Below, one piece after another: positions 39,118 to 48,290 of a stretch of DNA of 64,000 nucleotides. The stretch is from Phycisphaeraceae bacterium (GTDB taxonomy: Bacteria; Planctomycetota; Phycisphaerae; Phycisphaerales; Phycisphaeraceae): positions 448,001 through 512,000 of the forward strand of contig OY771506.1 in NCBI GenBank assembly GCA_963674705.1. The letters are read 5' to 3'. The notes under the pieces are model-generated. The model saw only the letters and a program-made list of their open reading frames with translations, was not told where the DNA came from and made no database searches. Every line of letters begins with the position of its first letter. The first letter of the stretch is position 1. Made by a program: the position numbers and the translations under genes.

Positions 39118-39972
39118 ATGATGTTTAAGAGCCTGATGGCCGACATGGTCGGTATCGATGTGCAGCCGGCGGGTACGATCGATCTGGCGCAGCGTTACGG
39201 CTTTACGGGCGTGGACCTTCGGCTTGATAAACACGAAGCAGTTGTGCGCGAAACCGGGGCGGATGTCTTAAAAAAACAGATCGCGGACGCGGGTTTGCGG
39301 ACGGGATATTGCTCGCTGTTGCCGGGGAAGATTTCCTGTGAAAAGCCGATGTGGGAAGCAGGCTTGAAGCGTTTACCGGCGCTGGCTGCGCTGGCGGAAG
39401 CACTTGGGTACACGCGGACGTATGCGGTGGTTTTACCGTTCGATGATGAACTGGATTACCAGGCTTTTTTTGATCTGCACCTGAAGCGATTGAACGAAGC
39501 GGCGCCGGTGCTGGCGGATCATGGGTTGTCGCTGGCGCTCGAGTATGTGAGTCCCGTGACGCGACGGGCCGGGCATAAGCATCCGTTTATCTACAACCTG
39601 CAAGGCATGCGAGAATTGTGTCGTGCTTCGGGACACAAAAACGTCGGCGTGATGGTTGATAGCTTTCACTGGCACTGCGCGGGCGAGACGGTGGCGGACC
39701 TTGAAGCGCTAACCGAGGATGAAGTGATCGTCGTACATGTCAACGACCTGATCGCAGGTAGGCCGGTGAATGAACAACTCGTGACCGAACGGGCGCTGCC
39801 ATGCGAGACGGGCGTGATCGATCTTGCGGGATTTATGAAAGCGCTGAAGCGCATCGGTTTTACCGGGCCGGTGACCGCGGAGCCGACGCACCCGAAGTGG
39901 AAACAGACGGACAGCACGCAAGCGATCGAAGCACTGACCGCGTCGATGGATCGGTTGATGGGGTTGGCTTGA
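39118..39972 (+). CDS. Sugar phosphate isomerase/epimerase (TIM barrel)
   Basis: LALEY, VGVMVDSFHW, VHVND, RALP.E.GVID, VTAEP; GGAGG RBS (start 39118 or 39121). Confidence 0.88.
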   Translation: MMFKSLMADMVGIDVQPAGTIDLAQRYGFTGVDLRLDKHEAVVRETGADVLKKQIADAGLRTGYCSLLPGKISCEKPMWEAGLKRLPALAALAEALGYTRTYAVVLPFDDELDYQAFFDLHLKRLNEAAPVLADHGLSLALEYVSPVTRRAGHKHPFIYNLQGMRELCRASGHKNVGVMVDSFHWHCAGETVADLEALTEDEVIVVHVNDLIAGRPVNEQLVTERALPCETGVIDLAGFMKALKRIGFTGPVTAEPTHPKWKQTDSTQAIEALTASMDRLMGLA

Positions 39973-40032
39973 TTCTATCTTGACCTGCAACCAACAGGCT
40001 CTGCAAGAATACTTCATATAACGTGAACAAGA

Positions 40033-41023
40033 TTAGCCACGGATAAACACCGATAAACACGGATGGGCATTCATACAAACGCCGCCCATCCCTAACGGAC
40101 ATCTAATATAAGTTATATTTGATGTCCTACAGCAAGCTCATCGCAAAGCACAGTTCTTGCTCCCTCTACCCTGGGAGGCCCCCGGATGTGGCCCACGCGG
40201 GGGCCGTTTGTCATTGTGTGATCTGATTTTACTGCGCTCGGCGCGGATATTCCTTGCGTAAACACTCTTAAATCCTTAGCCGCTAGCTGCCAGCTCGCGC
40301 GCCGAGCGACCGTGATATTCAATAAGACAAACCATACTGTCGCGCGGTTTCTTGGTAGGCGCGCAAGCTGGTAGATCGCGGCTATTGGGAGGAAGTGACG
40401 ATTGAGGCGGTACGGTCGGCGATACGCTAAGCATCTACTCTTATCCGTGTTCATCCGTGGCTGCGCTCGGCGCGGGTCTCCTGACCTCGCCGTTATACCG
40501 GACCGAAGGTCTCCCGAATCAAGATATGTGCGCTGAATGTGAACAACAACATGCCCATGCAGGAGACAAAACAACAGGTTTGGAGACCTGCGGTCACAAA
40601 ATCGGCGGGGTCGGGAGACCCGCGCCGAGCGAGGGATGGCTCATTCATACAAATGTCGCCCGCACCGCAAGACATCTAATATAACTTATATTTAATGTCT
40701 TACGGCAAGTTCTTCGTAAGGCACGGCTCTTACCACCACTGCACTTGGAAGCCCCAGGGTGAGGGTTATTTGTCTTTGTGTTCACGGTTTGTATATGAAC
40801 GCCCAATCAACCCGGCCCTCATCCTAACCTTCTCCCGAGGGGAGAAGGGACCGGACCCAACCGATCACGCGCACGGCGCATTTCTTCTGCGTTGAGCAAA
40901 CATCCTTAGCCGCAAGCTGGCAGCTTGCGGCTATTGAGAGAAGAAGACAACTGTGTACGCACGGTCAGTAGTACGTCAGTCATCAACTCTTATCTGTGTT
41001 CATCCGTGTTCATCTGTGGCTAA
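40033..41023. repeat. Composite non-coding region: two diverged ~400-bp direct units bounded by inverted family-C repeats, with inserted REP elements
   Basis: 40061-40160 aligns with 40633-40734; 40361-40462 aligns with 40911-41023; family C ends face inward; REPIN at 40464-40631; family A element at 40754-40851. Confidence 0.75.
40464..40631. repeat. REPIN-like element family D
   Basis: 29-bp arms cgctcggcgcgggtctcc(t/c)gacc(t/c)cgccg (2 mismatches) plus inner arms gaccg(a/c)aggtctcc. Confidence 0.85.
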
Positions 41024-41041
41024 ACAATTTCCACACATAAA

Positions 41042-43846
41042 TCATCGACGACGAAGCAACGGCAATCCAACCGTCAAGCAGATCATGATCGTGGCGGGTT
41101 CGGGGATGGTGGCGTTGTTGTTCGAGGGGGTGCCGGCGTTCCAGTTGCTTAGGATGATATCCAGGTCGTCGAGACCGACGAAACCGTCGTTTGACGGATC
41201 GCCATCCGCCAGACTTCCGGGGGTGACGTTCTGGTTCCAATGGTTAAGGACGATGTCCAGATCGTCGAGGCCGACGAAGCCGTCACCGTTGAGGTCGCCG
41301 GCCAGTGCGTCGATGAATGTTGCACGCAAGACTTCCCCGTTACCACCAGCAACAACAGAAAGCTCCCACATGGCAAGGTCGTCGCCGTCGATAGTGGGTG
41401 TGCCGATGATCGATGCACCGGTCAGTAGATCGAATGTTTGATTCGCGGCGGGGAGATAGCCGTCGAGCAGGTCGAGGTCGATTGTTGCATCGGTAAGGTC
41501 CGCATCGGCGGCGACGTCGAGCAGACTTGCGCCGGTGTTATCGATGCCGAAGGCGAGAACTGCGCTGCCGTGCGTATCGAGATCCGCCAACACATCGAGG
41601 TCCGCGGTGGGTTCAAGACGCAAGGTGCTGTTGCTGATGCTAATCGAGTTGACCGCGTCGACCGCGGAGTCGACCGTGATCGTCCCGCCGGCATCGAGGA
41701 TTACATCGGCTGCGCCCGCGCCTTTATCGGTAAGTACGGTGATCGCAACGATCGCCCAGTCGACGCCGGTGTCGTCGTTGATGTTGACGCTGAGCTGACT
41801 GTCGTTGTTGAGGATGGGCAGGAGCGTGTCTGTGCCGAGGTCGATCATGCCGACGAAAGTGTCGGTCGTGTTGACTTGCGTGTCCCAACCCATCGCGGCG
41901 TAACTCATCTGCCCCGCGCCGTCGATCTTGACGAAGTCGGTATCGACCAGGCCTCCGGTACCCTTCAGCGCCATAGCCATCCAGCCGTGCACGACGACAT
42001 CGCCCGGATCGAGCACGAACTGCTGGGTGAACGCGACGTTCTGGTTGCCTGCCAGATCATCGAAGCCGGTGATGGGGTTGGCGCTACTGCCGAGGATCTC
42101 AGCTTCAAAGTCAGGATCGACATAGGTGTTGTCCACGCTGGAGGAGCCATCGTTTACATAATCATCAATGTCGCCAACAAGGTATTCACGCACTTCAACG
42201 GATCGCGCGAGCGGGGTAGCGCGTTCGTACCAGCCTTGGGTGTCCTGCCAATTACCATCACCGCCCGACCAGTGGTATGTGTTAACATCATCGCTGTCGG
42301 CGACCTGCGATTCGTAGAGGCTTGGGATGTCTTCGATCGCGGTGCCGTGCGAGTCGTAGTAGCCGGAGGGTTGCGGGCCGAACTCGGTATCTTCGACGAT
42401 CGTGCCGGTGGAGCCGATGAGCCAGTTTTGTGCGGTCGGGGGGTTCTGCACGATGAAAGAATCTGCTTGCGAGTTCCAGATGACCATGTTCGCGCCTGAC
42501 CAGCCGTGACGTGTGCCGAGTGTCTCCCGGTTGCGGACGTTAATGCCATCCGTTCCCTGATAGCTGATATTGTCGAAGAGCGTGCCGGTCGCCCAGCGCT
42601 GATGCGGTCCAGAGTCTGAGTTTGAGTTGGTCGCGGTGCAGTCGTAGAAGACGTTTGGTCCTGCGGGACGTGTGCTGTTGTTGACGAAGTCATGTCGACC
42701 GCTGTCGGCGGAGCAGTTGGTGACATAGCCGTAGGAACCGGAGAGGTCGTAGGTGTAGCGTCTGCCGCCGGTGATAATGCTGATGGGGCTGTAGCTGATG
42801 GCGTTGTCGACGGTGACGTACTTGGAGCTTGGGTTGGCGACGACGGTGGAGTCACCGAAGTGGACGGCTGCGATATCACGGACCCACACATTCATCGCGC
42901 GATCTGCTGTGAGTGAGGTTCCGCCGATGAAGATGAATTCCCAGGCGTGGTCCTCATCGGTCGGGCTGTCGTAGTCGCTGTCGCCGCGAAGGTTTTCGAT
43001 GCCGACGTTTTCGACGACGCCGCTCCATGTGTACTTCTTGACGGTGCCGCCGCCGTATTGCTGTTCGAAACTGTTGGCCAGCGGGGCATCGATGAAGATG
43101 CGGTCGCCTTCGATGCGTGTGATGGTGCGTTCGTAGCGGAGGTTCATCGTGTTGGGCACCCAGGCCGGGTCTTCGCCGATCGGATCGCCCATGCCGATGT
43201 CATCAATCCATTCCTGCGTGCTGGGTCGTTCGATACGGATGGTGTCGCCGACGCTGAATGCACTTGCGCTGTTGATTCGGAAGCTGGTCGCTCCGACGGG
43301 GACGGTCTTGTCGATCATGTTGTAGGTCGAGCCAATGAGCGACTGGCTGCCGTTGCCTTCGATGCGGATCAGCGGGCGTTGGTTCATGCCTTCCGCACCG
43401 ACGGTGCGGCCGTGCAGGATCGTGCCGGAGCCTTCGCGCCCTTCGCCGCGCAGGACGATGCCGCTGGCGTTGATGTTGAGTTGTGAATAGATGTCGTACG
43501 TGCCGGCCTGCAGGAGGATCGCGCCGCGGTAGCCATCGGCGCCGATGGGCATGGCGGCGAGGGTGTTGATGGCGTTCTGAATCTGCGTGGTGTCGTCGCC
43601 GGCGACGGGTGAGAGTACGATGACGTTCTGGATGTTGTTCGGGATGGCGGCCGAGCCCTGGCCCATGTAACCGGCACCGGTGAAGTCCATGACGCGGTCG
43701 CCCTGCGCGTCGGGCGTGTAGATCAGCCGGCCGGTTTCGCCGCGCTGGACCCACTGGCTTGTCTGCGCATGAACGGACAGCGGCGCAAGGCTTGTGCAAG
43801 CAGCCAAAGCGACAGCAACGATCCCGAAACGGGCGACCTTATCCAT
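41042..43846 (-). CDS. Secreted pectin-lyase-fold (beta-helix)-like protein with two dockerin-like repeats and PEP-CTERM
   Basis: AAGGAGG RBS before ATG 43846; DFTGAGY, DDT..IQ.AI, SGIVLRGEG, VGIENL, GPHQRWATGTLFDNI, HGWSGANMVIWN; IPEP + TM + RRR. Confidence 0.75.
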   Translation of the reverse strand: MDKVARFGIVAVALAACTSLAPLSVHAQTSQWVQRGETGRLIYTPDAQGDRVMDFTGAGYMGQGSAAIPNNIQNVIVLSPVAGDDTTQIQNAINTLAAMPIGADGYRGAILLQAGTYDIYSQLNINASGIVLRGEGREGSGTILHGRTVGAEGMNQRPLIRIEGNGSQSLIGSTYNMIDKTVPVGATSFRINSASAFSVGDTIRIERPSTQEWIDDIGMGDPIGEDPAWVPNTMNLRYERTITRIEGDRIFIDAPLANSFEQQYGGGTVKKYTWSGVVENVGIENLRGDSDYDSPTDEDHAWEFIFIGGTSLTADRAMNVWVRDIAAVHFGDSTVVANPSSKYVTVDNAISYSPISIITGGRRYTYDLSGSYGYVTNCSADSGRHDFVNNSTRPAGPNVFYDCTATNSNSDSGPHQRWATGTLFDNISYQGTDGINVRNRETLGTRHGWSGANMVIWNSQADSFIVQNPPTAQNWLIGSTGTIVEDTEFGPQPSGYYDSHGTAIEDIPSLYESQVADSDDVNTYHWSGGDGNWQDTQGWYERATPLARSVEVREYLVGDIDDYVNDGSSSVDNTYVDPDFEAEILGSSANPITGFDDLAGNQNVAFTQQFVLDPGDVVVHGWMAMALKGTGGLVDTDFVKIDGAGQMSYAAMGWDTQVNTTDTFVGMIDLGTDTLLPILNNDSQLSVNINDDTGVDWAIVAITVLTDKGAGAADVILDAGGTITVDSAVDAVNSISISNSTLRLEPTADLDVLADLDTHGSAVLAFGIDNTGASLLDVAADADLTDATIDLDLLDGYLPAANQTFDLLTGASIIGTPTIDGDDLAMWELSVVAGGNGEVLRATFIDALAGDLNGDGFVGLDDLDIVLNHWNQNVTPGSLADGDPSNDGFVGLDDLDIILSNWNAGTPSNNNATIPEPATIMICLTVGLPLLRRR

Positions 43847-43871
43847 CTTCTCCTCCTTAGCAGGTCCGGGC

Positions 43872-45698
43872 CTACTTCTGCGCGTCTTGAGACAATTCTC
43901 CCATAAGAACCCGATCCGGCAAGGGTTTTTTATCATCTTTCGCGATTTGCTTGCCCGGATTTCGCATTCCCACCCATGCCATCAAAATACCGATCCCCGC
44001 TACAAATCCACCAACCGCGAGGATACACAACCGGCCCGAGGCGGGGTTAGGCAGCACCACCAGCGTGCCGATGAAGAAGCCGACGACGATGGCGAAGCCG
44101 CCGATGATCTTGAGCTGGCTGGCGTCGTTTGCCTGGCCGACTTCCTTCTCAAAATCGACCGGCGTGTGCATGGTGGTAAAGAAGTGGTCCACCTGCGCGC
44201 GATACTGCACAGTCGCGGTCTTCCAGAACGGCATGGTCAGCAGGAACGAACCGATACCCACGGTACAGCCATAAGCGATCTTCTCCTGGTAAGACCAGAC
44301 GCCACCGACATCGAAAAACGCCAATAAGGACGGGATGAGCGTAGCCCCCACTGCAAAGATGGCGGACCACCACGGCGCGCGTTTGATGAATAGCGCCAGG
44401 ATCATCGGTATGGCCATGGGCATGGCAAGCAGCGCGCCGATATCGAGCATCCATTCAAAGATGCCTTTGCCGTTCGACGCGGCGAAGTACAGGGACAGAC
44501 CTATGATCAAAACCCCGAAGATGAGCGAAAACACCTGGCCGAGGATAAAGAGTTTGCGTTCGTCTTCGGATGGTTTGATACCGATGAGGTTACAAAGCGG
44601 TGGGTATGCGTCGCGGATGAATATCGCGGCGTTGCGATTGAGGCCCGAGTCCATACTGCTCATCGTCGCGGCGAACATGGCGACAACCATCAGGCCCGTC
44701 ATGCCGGTCGGCAACAGGTTAATCGCGGCCACGGCGTAGGCGGATTCGGCCGGCTTGGGCAGGCTGGTGTTGGCCATGACAACGTCGGGGTAAAGCAGGC
44801 GAGCCGTCATGGGTGGGATGAACCAGACAGACATGCCAACGACCATCAAGACACAACCGAGTAGCGCCGCTTTGCGTGCGCTCCAGCCATCTTTCACGCC
44901 GAAGTACTTCTGCGACTCGGTCATCGTGATATAGCAGATTGATTTGTAGACAAGCGTGGCGATGCCAAAGGCAACCGTGTAGTCGCGGGCCGTGGCGAAA
45001 CGTCCGGGCTTATTGAATAGCGCGAAGTCCTCGGTGAGGCCGTGGCTGTGGACGCTCTCAAAGAAGCTGCCGACACCGCCGAAGTGCAGGATGCACAGTA
45101 TCGCGAGCGCGAACGTCAAGGGCATGAGGATGAGGCTCTGCAGGAAGTCCGTCGCCATCACGGCCCACGAACCGCCGGACACGGAGTAGATCAGTACCAC
45201 CAGGCCCAGCACGACGATCACTGCCTGCAGGTTGAAGCCGAACACGACGGCCGCAAAGATCGCGGCACCGTTCAGCCATAAACCCGCCTGCAGCAGATTC
45301 ACCATCATGTTCATCCAGGCGTAGAACTGCTGTGTCGATTTGCCGAAGCGCATTTTGATGACTTCGGGCGCGGTGATGCATCTAAGCTGGCGGAACCACG
45401 GCGCGAAGAAGATGGCGGTGAGCAGGAAGCCCAGGGCATTGCCGATGAAGATGATCATCACCGACCAGCCGGCCTCGAACGCGGCGCCGGCAGAGGCGGT
45501 AAAAGTAAAGGCGCTGAACGCCGTCATAAATGCGCTGGAGCCGACCAGCCACCACGTGCCTTTACAGCCGTTGCGGAAGTAGTCGCTGACGTTTGAGTTG
45601 AACTTGCGGAAGACGAACCCGACCGATACGAGGATCAGCAGGTACGCCCCGATCACGATGTACTCGATGGTCCGCTGGTCGATGGCGCTATCCGGCAT
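43872..45698 (-). CDS. Sodium:solute symporter (SSS)
   Basis: DYFRNG..TWWLVGSSAFMTAFSAFTFT, AVMATDFLQ, AMFAATMSSMDSGLN. Confidence 0.9.
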   Translation of the reverse strand: MPDSAIDQRTIEYIVIGAYLLILVSVGFVFRKFNSNVSDYFRNGCKGTWWLVGSSAFMTAFSAFTFTASAGAAFEAGWSVMIIFIGNALGFLLTAIFFAPWFRQLRCITAPEVIKMRFGKSTQQFYAWMNMMVNLLQAGLWLNGAAIFAAVVFGFNLQAVIVVLGLVVLIYSVSGGSWAVMATDFLQSLILMPLTFALAILCILHFGGVGSFFESVHSHGLTEDFALFNKPGRFATARDYTVAFGIATLVYKSICYITMTESQKYFGVKDGWSARKAALLGCVLMVVGMSVWFIPPMTARLLYPDVVMANTSLPKPAESAYAVAAINLLPTGMTGLMVVAMFAATMSSMDSGLNRNAAIFIRDAYPPLCNLIGIKPSEDERKLFILGQVFSLIFGVLIIGLSLYFAASNGKGIFEWMLDIGALLAMPMAIPMILALFIKRAPWWSAIFAVGATLIPSLLAFFDVGGVWSYQEKIAYGCTVGIGSFLLTMPFWKTATVQYRAQVDHFFTTMHTPVDFEKEVGQANDASQLKIIGGFAIVVGFFIGTLVVLPNPASGRLCILAVGGFVAGIGILMAWVGMRNPGKQIAKDDKKPLPDRVLMGELSQDAQK

Positions 45699-45753
45699 GA
45701 GAACGGTCCTGTCGCTTTATCAATACTACTGGCTTAACTTCAGGCCGTACCGA

Positions 45754-46617
45754 TCAATCCATCGAGTCGTCGTAGACCAACTCACGGCTGCCATCCGGAT
45801 CGCGCATGGCAATTGCAGATTCTTCTTTATCTGAACCCGCAACATGACCATCGATAAACAGCACGTTCATTTTGTCGCCCTGGTGGCGTTGCGGATCACC
45901 GGTGTTCCAAGGCGAAAGGCCGTCCGCGCCAACCGGCTTGGATGTATTTCTGATCCAGCCAATACCGTTTGAGCCGATCCTTCTTGGACTTAGATGCCAC
46001 TCATTGCTGTCGGCACAAAGCCCACGTTGCGATGCACCGGGCGAATCGTTGTAGCGGTACCATTCGGTATATGGCGACGGGCTGTCGCTTACGTACCGTT
46101 CCGGGAAGTATTGCGGATCATCGTTGCCGGGGATATTCGGGTCTTCCCGGCCGATCAGGTAGCGGTTCATTCCGAAACCATACTTATCGCTGGTGACACC
46201 TTCGGTCTTCACATCAAGATAATCAGGGCAAGTAAATGTCTCATTGAAGAATTCACTGCGCTGATTCGTACTCGATCGTTTATCATCCACCATGATGTTT
46301 GCCAAAATCTCAAACCACATGATGTTGCTGGTTTGATAAGAGCCGCCCGGTATATTCAGCTTCTTGGCAAGCCCGACGTTCCATGAGTTGTCTTTGCGTC
46401 GGATCGTTTGTGCAAGGGGCACGATATAGTCATCACCTTCGGTTCCATAGGACACATGCGCGACGCCGACTTGTCGCATGTTGCTGGCGCAGGCAATACG
46501 TCTGGCTGCGGACCGGGCGGCGCCCAATGCCGGCAGGAGGATGCCGACCAGCAGCGCGATGATCGAGATAACCACGAGTAGTTCGATCAGGGTGAAGCCC
46601 TTATGTTTGACGGACAT
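45754..46617 (-). CDS. Prepilin-type N-terminal cleavage/methylation, H-X9-DG-like protein (DUF1559-type)
   Basis: [50 protein letters not shown]. Confidence 0.9.
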   Translation of the reverse strand: MSVKHKGFTLIELLVVISIIALLVGILLPALGAARSAARRIACASNMRQVGVAHVSYGTEGDDYIVPLAQTIRRKDNSWNVGLAKKLNIPGGSYQTSNIMWFEILANIMVDDKRSSTNQRSEFFNETFTCPDYLDVKTEGVTSDKYGFGMNRYLIGREDPNIPGNDDPQYFPERYVSDSPSPYTEWYRYNDSPGASQRGLCADSNEWHLSPRRIGSNGIGWIRNTSKPVGADGLSPWNTGDPQRHQGDKMNVLFIDGHVAGSDKEESAIAMRDPDGSRELVYDDSMD

Positions 46618-46733
46618 GGCGAGTCTCCAAGTTGCGGTGTAACCGTAGTAGTCGTTGTGTTGTCGCCGAAAGTTCGACGTTTTTAAAGCGGCCGCTCACA
46701 ATCAAGCGGGCGACCGCGGAGGATCGAGACAGA

Positions 46734-48182
46734 TCAGCGTTTACGTCGGAGGGATGCGAGGGTACCGAAGCCGATCAGCGCCAGTGATGCCGGCTCGGGG
46801 ACGGCTGCCGCAGGCGGTGTGCCGGCGTTCCAGTTGTTGAGCACGATGTCCAGGTCATCCAGGCCGACGAAGCCGTCGCCGGAAGGATCGGCCGCTTCAT
46901 TGGCAGGCGGCACGCTCTGGTTCCACGCGCTGAGGATGATGTCCAGGTCGTCCAGACCGACGAAGCCGTCACCGTTCAGGTCGCCGGGGATAGCGACCGA
47001 GGCTTCAAAGACTTCAACCATAAAGTTGTCGATGATCAGGTCGTAGTCGTCCTCGCCGTAGGTGGAGGAGCTGGAGTTACGGATGGCAAAGTAATCCCAG
47101 TTATCGCTCTGGATGCCGCCGGAGCCGGGGATGCTGCCATCGTTAAGCGATTCCTCACCGCCGAATGAGTAGGTTAAGCCGTCGGTGAGGTTTACCACGG
47201 TGTAGGTAGCATAGATGCTGTCGGCAGTGCGTTCGAGTGTCAGTGAAAGGTTGTAGACCTTGTCGAAGTTCAGCGCGGTGAAGTTGGGGTTTTCTGAATC
47301 GGGGGAAGTGACAAAGTCATTATCAGAGCCGCCCAGGAATGCGGCCGTCGGGCCGTTCACTTCCTCGTAGATGCGTGGTCCACCATCGGTACTCTCCCCA
47401 CCGTCCTGGGGAACGTCGGCGAAGGCCTTGATGCGAGTGAACCAACCGGCATCACCGTTGGCGCCTGCGCCGCCGATGTCGCCCTGGAACTGACCGTCAT
47501 CCTCACCCCATACCGCTGCGGTAGGAATGCCGGTGTTCAGATCAGGCGCCCCGGCAAAGGGATTCGTCTGCCCGAGCTGATTGTCAGTGTCTTGATAGAT
47601 ACCCCATCGCAGGTCAGCCTTCTGATCAGACGGTGTGCTATCGGTGTTGAGGTTGGGCGAACCGAGCCAGAACCGCATATCGAAACTGACCTTGACCTGA
47701 TCGCCGACGTTGGGCCCCAGCGCCACATTCTGGCCGAAGAAACCAACCGTTGAGGCGCCGCGTCCCTTGGAGTTCAGGGACAGGGCCAGGCCGGAGTCGA
47801 TTGCGACCGCGTCGGGCATCGCGCCGGCAGAATCGTCGACAATTCGAGTGTGGAATTTGGCATCGTATTCACCGCTGGTCGTGCCGGGGCTGCTGGTCCA
47901 GCCACGGGTGCCGACCCAGACCAGGCCGGTATCCAGCGCGTCTTCCGCCGCGGTGACTTCGGTCACCAGGGAGCCGGGGAAGTACGGCGATTCGTAGGTA
48001 TCGATCGTGCCGTTGGCACTGGCATCGGTATCGTACTTATCGATCACACCATCGTTGTTGCGGTCGGCGTCGCCGAAGCCGTCGGAGACGACGACGGTGG
48101 CGAATGCCGGAGCTGCGGCGATCGTCAGGGCCAGCGATGCGCCTGCGATCCCAAGGTTTATCTGCTGCTTGCGTTTCATCAT
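46734..48182 (-). CDS. PEP-CTERM surface protein with two dockerin-like repeats (paralogue of 48291..49469)
   Basis: Signal peptide ..APAFA; DGFGDADRNN, LRWG..QDTDN; dockerin pair; VPEPAS + TM + RRKR. Confidence 0.85.
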   Translation of the reverse strand: MMKRKQQINLGIAGASLALTIAAAPAFATVVVSDGFGDADRNNDGVIDKYDTDASANGTIDTYESPYFPGSLVTEVTAAEDALDTGLVWVGTRGWTSSPGTTSGEYDAKFHTRIVDDSAGAMPDAVAIDSGLALSLNSKGRGASTVGFFGQNVALGPNVGDQVKVSFDMRFWLGSPNLNTDSTPSDQKADLRWGIYQDTDNQLGQTNPFAGAPDLNTGIPTAAVWGEDDGQFQGDIGGAGANGDAGWFTRIKAFADVPQDGGESTDGGPRIYEEVNGPTAAFLGGSDNDFVTSPDSENPNFTALNFDKVYNLSLTLERTADSIYATYTVVNLTDGLTYSFGGEESLNDGSIPGSGGIQSDNWDYFAIRNSSSSTYGEDDYDLIIDNFMVEVFEASVAIPGDLNGDGFVGLDDLDIILSAWNQSVPPANEAADPSGDGFVGLDDLDIVLNNWNAGTPPAAAVPEPASLALIGFGTLASLRRKR

Positions 48183-48240
48183 TGATCCTCCAACATCTCC
48201 AAGTAATTGCGTGTATTTAAGACACGTTTCGTTTCACAAT

Positions 48241-48271
48241 GGCCGGCCGGGTGCATTCGACCGGGCCGGCC
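48241..48271. terminator. GC-rich hairpin between the paired PEP-CTERM genes
   Basis: ggccggccggg-tgcattcga-ccgggccggcc; no clear U-tract. Confidence 0.4.
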
Positions 48272-48290
48272 GGATTAAAGTTATGCCGTA

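Noticed and set aside
40113..40895. Small ORFs inside the duplicated non-coding units
   Set aside because: Differences between the two copies are mostly non-synonymous and the frames cross REP insertions.
40033..41023. CRISPR array
   Set aside because: Only two long diverged units; no regular 25-45-bp repeat/spacer periodicity and no cas genes in the window.
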